This document shows positions 18,501 to 20,000 of a stretch of DNA of 20,000 bases, piece by piece. The notes under the pieces are model-generated. The model was not told the DNA's origin, ran no database searches, and saw only the letters and a list, made by a program, of their open reading frames with translations. How positions within the stretch are numbered: position 1 is the first letter of the stretch; every line of letters starts with the position of its first letter. The translations under genes and the position numbers were made by a program. The DNA is from an uncultured virus (IMG/VR IMGVR_UViG_3300030099_006786) (lineage: Duplodnaviria > Heunggongvirae > Uroviricota > Caudoviricetes): IMG/VR virus record IMGVR_UViG_3300030099_006786; one strand, 5' to 3'.

Positions 18501-19999
18501 AGTGTATTGTAGGGGCTGTTTCCGTTGTTGTCTAGGCCATCTTCCCAAGTATCGTAGGGTGCATACCCCACTTTAATTTCATCGGTCTCAGAACCAGAAA
18601 ATGAAGATGTAATCCAAGCATATTGCGCATCGCTCCTTGGAATTTGATGTTGCACATAATAGTTATCATATTCTCGGACAGTTTTGAAATTGTCCCTAGA
18701 TGTTGTTGTCGAAAAGCTTGTACCAAAAGTGCTCGCAGTAACAGCTAATATTCTACCCGCAGAACGACCATCAATATGGGCTACTAAATGCTGACTGTTT
18801 CCAGAGGAATCTTGAAAAATTGAACCATTTGTAACTGATCCAGATTGTAAATCAGCTAAATCATCTCCCATTCTATACCAAAAATTAGGCGTACCGAGAG
18901 AAATTGAATTTAAGTTTTTATATTGACCACTGTTATAAATTTCTGCAATTTGACCAGCAGTTGTAAGCGAGGCGGTGCTTGTTCCTTGCCACATAGCCAC
19001 TTCGTCAATATAAATATCACCATCATTCGTGATGTAGCTGCTGTGATTATTACCACCGTAAGCTTCGCCAAATATTAAAAATTTACCCCCGCCAACCGTG
19101 TTGAATCGATCCTTAAATGTTCCAAGTGAAGAACCAGCAACACTATCTTGAATAGATGCTGAAACGCCATTAACCCAAACTCTAGGGCCCGGGCCGGCCC
19201 AACCATCAGTTGCGATAACAAAATGATTCCACGTGCCATCAGCCGGAACAACAGAGTCTGAAGTATACCATTTTTTCATATTTGACGCGTTGGCTTGATT
19301 TTCTCCAGAAGCAAATCTAAACGACATTCTGCGAGGGCCAGCGGATTTAGCTTCAACTTGAATAGCAAATATTTGTTTGGCGCTAAAGCCGTCAGTATAT
19401 GCTCCTGTCATTGGTGCATTTAATGCAATGAGATTTCTTGTATGATCTCCAGAACTACCATCTTTAATTCGATCTTTAAGCCAAAATGAGAAAACCATTC
19501 TTTTTGAAAAGCTATCATCAACAATAAATTGATCTCTTGCCAAAGAAGAGCTATTCGGGGTAGCGCCGGATGCACCATTGTTTTCTAGCCTGTATGCATT
19601 AGCATGCCAAATAGCATTCTTATGTTGATTATGAACGGTTACGGGCTCATTAATAACTCTTCTTTTCGTATTTCTATGAATTTTATGAAGTGAAGCACAC
19701 TGATCATATGTACTACCCGGGCCGGCCCCAAAAAGGTTAGGTGGAACCCCGTAATTTTGTGAATAAATTGAACCAGTATTTCTTTGCTCACTCCAAGCTG
19801 GAATTTCAGTTAATGATGCATTAAAAATAGCTTTGATATCTTCTTCGGCCAACGGAACACTCCAAACTGCTGCATCAGCTATATTACCACCAAATGCCCC
19901 ATTACCAGCTGAATTGTTTGCAATAAAGCACCCTAGATCCTGAATAATTCCGAAGAATTCGCCGGCAGTATTAATAGAGCCTGTGCTAGCATCTATGGT
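12599..19999 (-). CDS. Giant virion/tail-associated protein (>2466 aa, 5' end outside the window) with LamG/concanavalin A-like domains
   Basis: The frame stays open from the track's TTG (19852) to the window edge: TIDASTGSINTAGEFFGIIQDLGCFIANNSAGNGAFGGNIADAAVWSVPLAEEDIKAIFN, which is the end of a LamG domain. A full LamG follows at about 19500-18790 (FSFWLK, WNHFVI, VWVNGV, IDEVAMW, IAEIYNSG, WYRMGD, DSSGN). Confidence 0.8.
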   Translation of the reverse strand, partial: TIDASTGSINTAGEFFGIIQDLGCFIANNSAGNGAFGGNIADAAVWSVPLAEEDIKAIFNASLTEIPAWSEQRNTGSIYSQNYGVPPNLFGAGPGSTYDQCASLHKIHRNTKRRVINEPVTVHNQHKNAIWHANAYRLENNGASGATPNSSSLARDQFIVDDSFSKRMVFSFWLKDRIKDGSSGDHTRNLIALNAPMTGAYTDGFSAKQIFAIQVEAKSAGPRRMSFRFASGENQANASNMKKWYTSDSVVPADGTWNHFVIATDGWAGPGPRVWVNGVSASIQDSVAGSSLGTFKDRFNTVGGGKFLIFGEAYGGNNHSSYITNDGDIYIDEVAMWQGTSTASLTTAGQIAEIYNSGQYKNLNSISLGTPNFWYRMGDDLADLQSGSVTNGSIFQDSSGNSQHLVAHIDGRSAGRILAVTASTFGTSFSTTTSRDNFKTVREYDNYYVQHQIPRSDAQYAWITSSFSGSETDEIKVGYAPYDTWEDGLDNNGNSPYNTLVSSSLVNEYFESNNRIVSHYTNIYAIRNKAPAVLRNILPFGISVPPNRRPDTYSLINIKKRLPPYLISDVFGTQIFLNTVSPARQLKPNQPVLPTTQLAFEPFGLSASFDSFEYFAGYSARFGDYGGLPTPLVLGQEGGAINTYEQKFRTGPSASVMLNPMVDRFNLYLTRLNGPYGGANFKFIRNQDNKTLQNSRFYNLYTAIGSPDSLESSASIFARRSPNVLMFDRVSPVTSKYGTLVYGFGTTRTFKNRFNQDVEVEGTAYYRASFANQKSYFNNEKLNMFLGLDDRDNLTFYDKFKNLYLDGALEGDLSPIERMEFVTYNETIYPAAFNMYSRFNRQRVNFDMNNWNSSYSNRILTSSYINQFTPLRALAPSRNKGLNRNTVVIPSIAPLGSRSGSVKILEVPASKWPMDTMGSYLSNSTGDMCLVNNRSAFIGAAGASSEPWNPGGKSKLIDNPAGELLNNYSHWHGGTLTNADQYYTHNTINAIIIFTGGSAVTGSEWNLERQINASFRFAAEFITSSCLYALKQSSFHSHSVYAWNRPNVVFYQTASDDGIARHGGSAASIGLPAKYPNRKGDNVLMAYNAQTAYKYSGYGDAPFITNETAGIYLFNTGSTENEFVSASVEPFYDSYDDFALDIRTKNKDMSVIPEFRISEHIETFSTVDNVIDATLPDMFEIPGAHSTETGVDGTPLDSRSSSGSFFQVYSNSDFLEHFDIIRDDHKDFMEPTTLTLRCTAIKKFMPYKGFYPAERTLQLYKQFARSYGTSITGSRDLLGAAANTEGIFEYADVGASTVVRGEFGEPAFNGLARPIITPLFAPGILFNSIKSGIGVDFPILAMGGPTAPKSLDAETSHSKSYDNGFGARFLDKKRYSTTAPRYDVVRAPVVHVEDAAPPGAGVGSDEDFCYTVNTITEFGAKATQNKSLTANRITASLTLPPFYSDHSGSVNYYTGSGASHDRRGGGNTNQFDGPTDAVRPRYGDIRLGTGNPDANDNGAGNYTLEDRYLQIVGTNRPGTLKWSKRIPFEAIIKPHEFFENLNVTDLFVNDHTALTPTDKLTRFNTSYLTGVVVGAKLLEPSDEIYTLMADNFCGAVPDFYLEQGELATLTSKKESELNLFIKSGSVFATRLRMRRSMNKPRNYTNDLKHIFHRTSSINFAVGNVFSANTTTNLEVEPGDATQCYFREEGQKKQIADYEIFQDPIYDTGLYETLTMYNRPGAFGPPVTGREPNCFAGRVEIRATQAGSQHIKTYGTEIDFDSSSGSRGNHAVRDSSNGFNPAFTPPYYDGHAVLDIVFRAPESRKYTIAEIIRESKTQSWRWDPGWLVVRGTSNTSVMTKRLLPSASFTLIPGEIYYNKHSGRHGSITGGFGPNYAVQSGSACPTSDRFDRNSYGARSYGGAPYAGQHINETSMQLENCINFNLLGTVPSTTTDNDGNTIIRNVGDETDKVWVIQPKWETPILNFKDVKPYPQGEGLTTNGVGPQQTVNNRASLVASTGMWHQFGRLPANNEGVYLEMIDIPKNWIDGHWSLRKNMNRGLGVPNLTGSNQFELKSRPGVIASTDPSIARSVEVQAFYGYNTPYTCSAYNDIASSDEVQSLKDLLGFKSSAQSNNLTLAGPGQGPKVRLGELAEKKTVSEAIVAIPFIEKGREKFFFEIDKFFVDMARSDRRPPGGVPDAGDSVKDMVEKMERYVLPPSMDFITYPEITPFSMYIFEFKHEFDKQDLANMWQNVSPKTARSFEIAESKIRHDLNQNELMGFALGKSDEAFMDEVRWMVFKVKQKSMVSYEDKIAGKNIPKLSFKLTTPMQIMPKFSKFKIRRVQLQNQSLKIKSSTITPTFKFGRSLTERKTDADLSFNWPYDYFSLVEMAKIKASITFRKPDDIVQNQISGFSPLGPFTPQGPQSAPTPQSAVTSTPAAAVKASTATRTPRTSGVRGTPQKQVSINKKSNASSKVTKGLIFSKVIKF

Positions 20000-20000
20000 T

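Noticed and set aside
322..18726. Short 60-134 aa ORFs on the + strand or in alternative minus frames
   Set aside because: All overlap long, motif-bearing genes and have no recognisable motifs; they are typical antisense or shadow ORFs.
1435..20000. Bacterial contractile injection system or secreted adhesin locus
   Set aside because: No sheath, tube, spike or signal peptide was recognised. Direct linkage to a resolvase and a Cys4 primase fits a phage genome better.
1..20000. CRISPR arrays, tRNAs, DGR template/variable repeats, intrinsic terminators
   Set aside because: The largest intergenic gap is 32 bp and no long nucleotide repeats or GC hairpin-polyT were noticed. A by-eye scan could miss diverged repeats.

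Overview
An AT-rich, almost fully coding window with all credible genes on the minus strand. It is most consistent with a large tailed dsDNA phage (Caudoviricetes). In transcription order: a giant (>2466 aa, N-terminus outside the window) LamG-containing virion/adsorption protein; six probable tail/baseplate proteins (374, 1395, 837, 314, 381, 396 aa) that include two paralogue pairs; a RuvC-like resolvase; a small VOC (glyoxalase-like) protein; and a Cys4 zinc-finger DNA primase that runs off the window and is missing from the ORF track. I found no RNA genes, CRISPR arrays, mobile elements or clear defence system, and I cannot claim a new system from this window. The best leads are an apparent complete absence of CCWGG with excess CCGG, a possible tail-collar-like domain split across two N-half and two C-half paralogues, and a shared upstream motif before both N-half genes. 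All family calls come from motif recognition by eye, not database searches.
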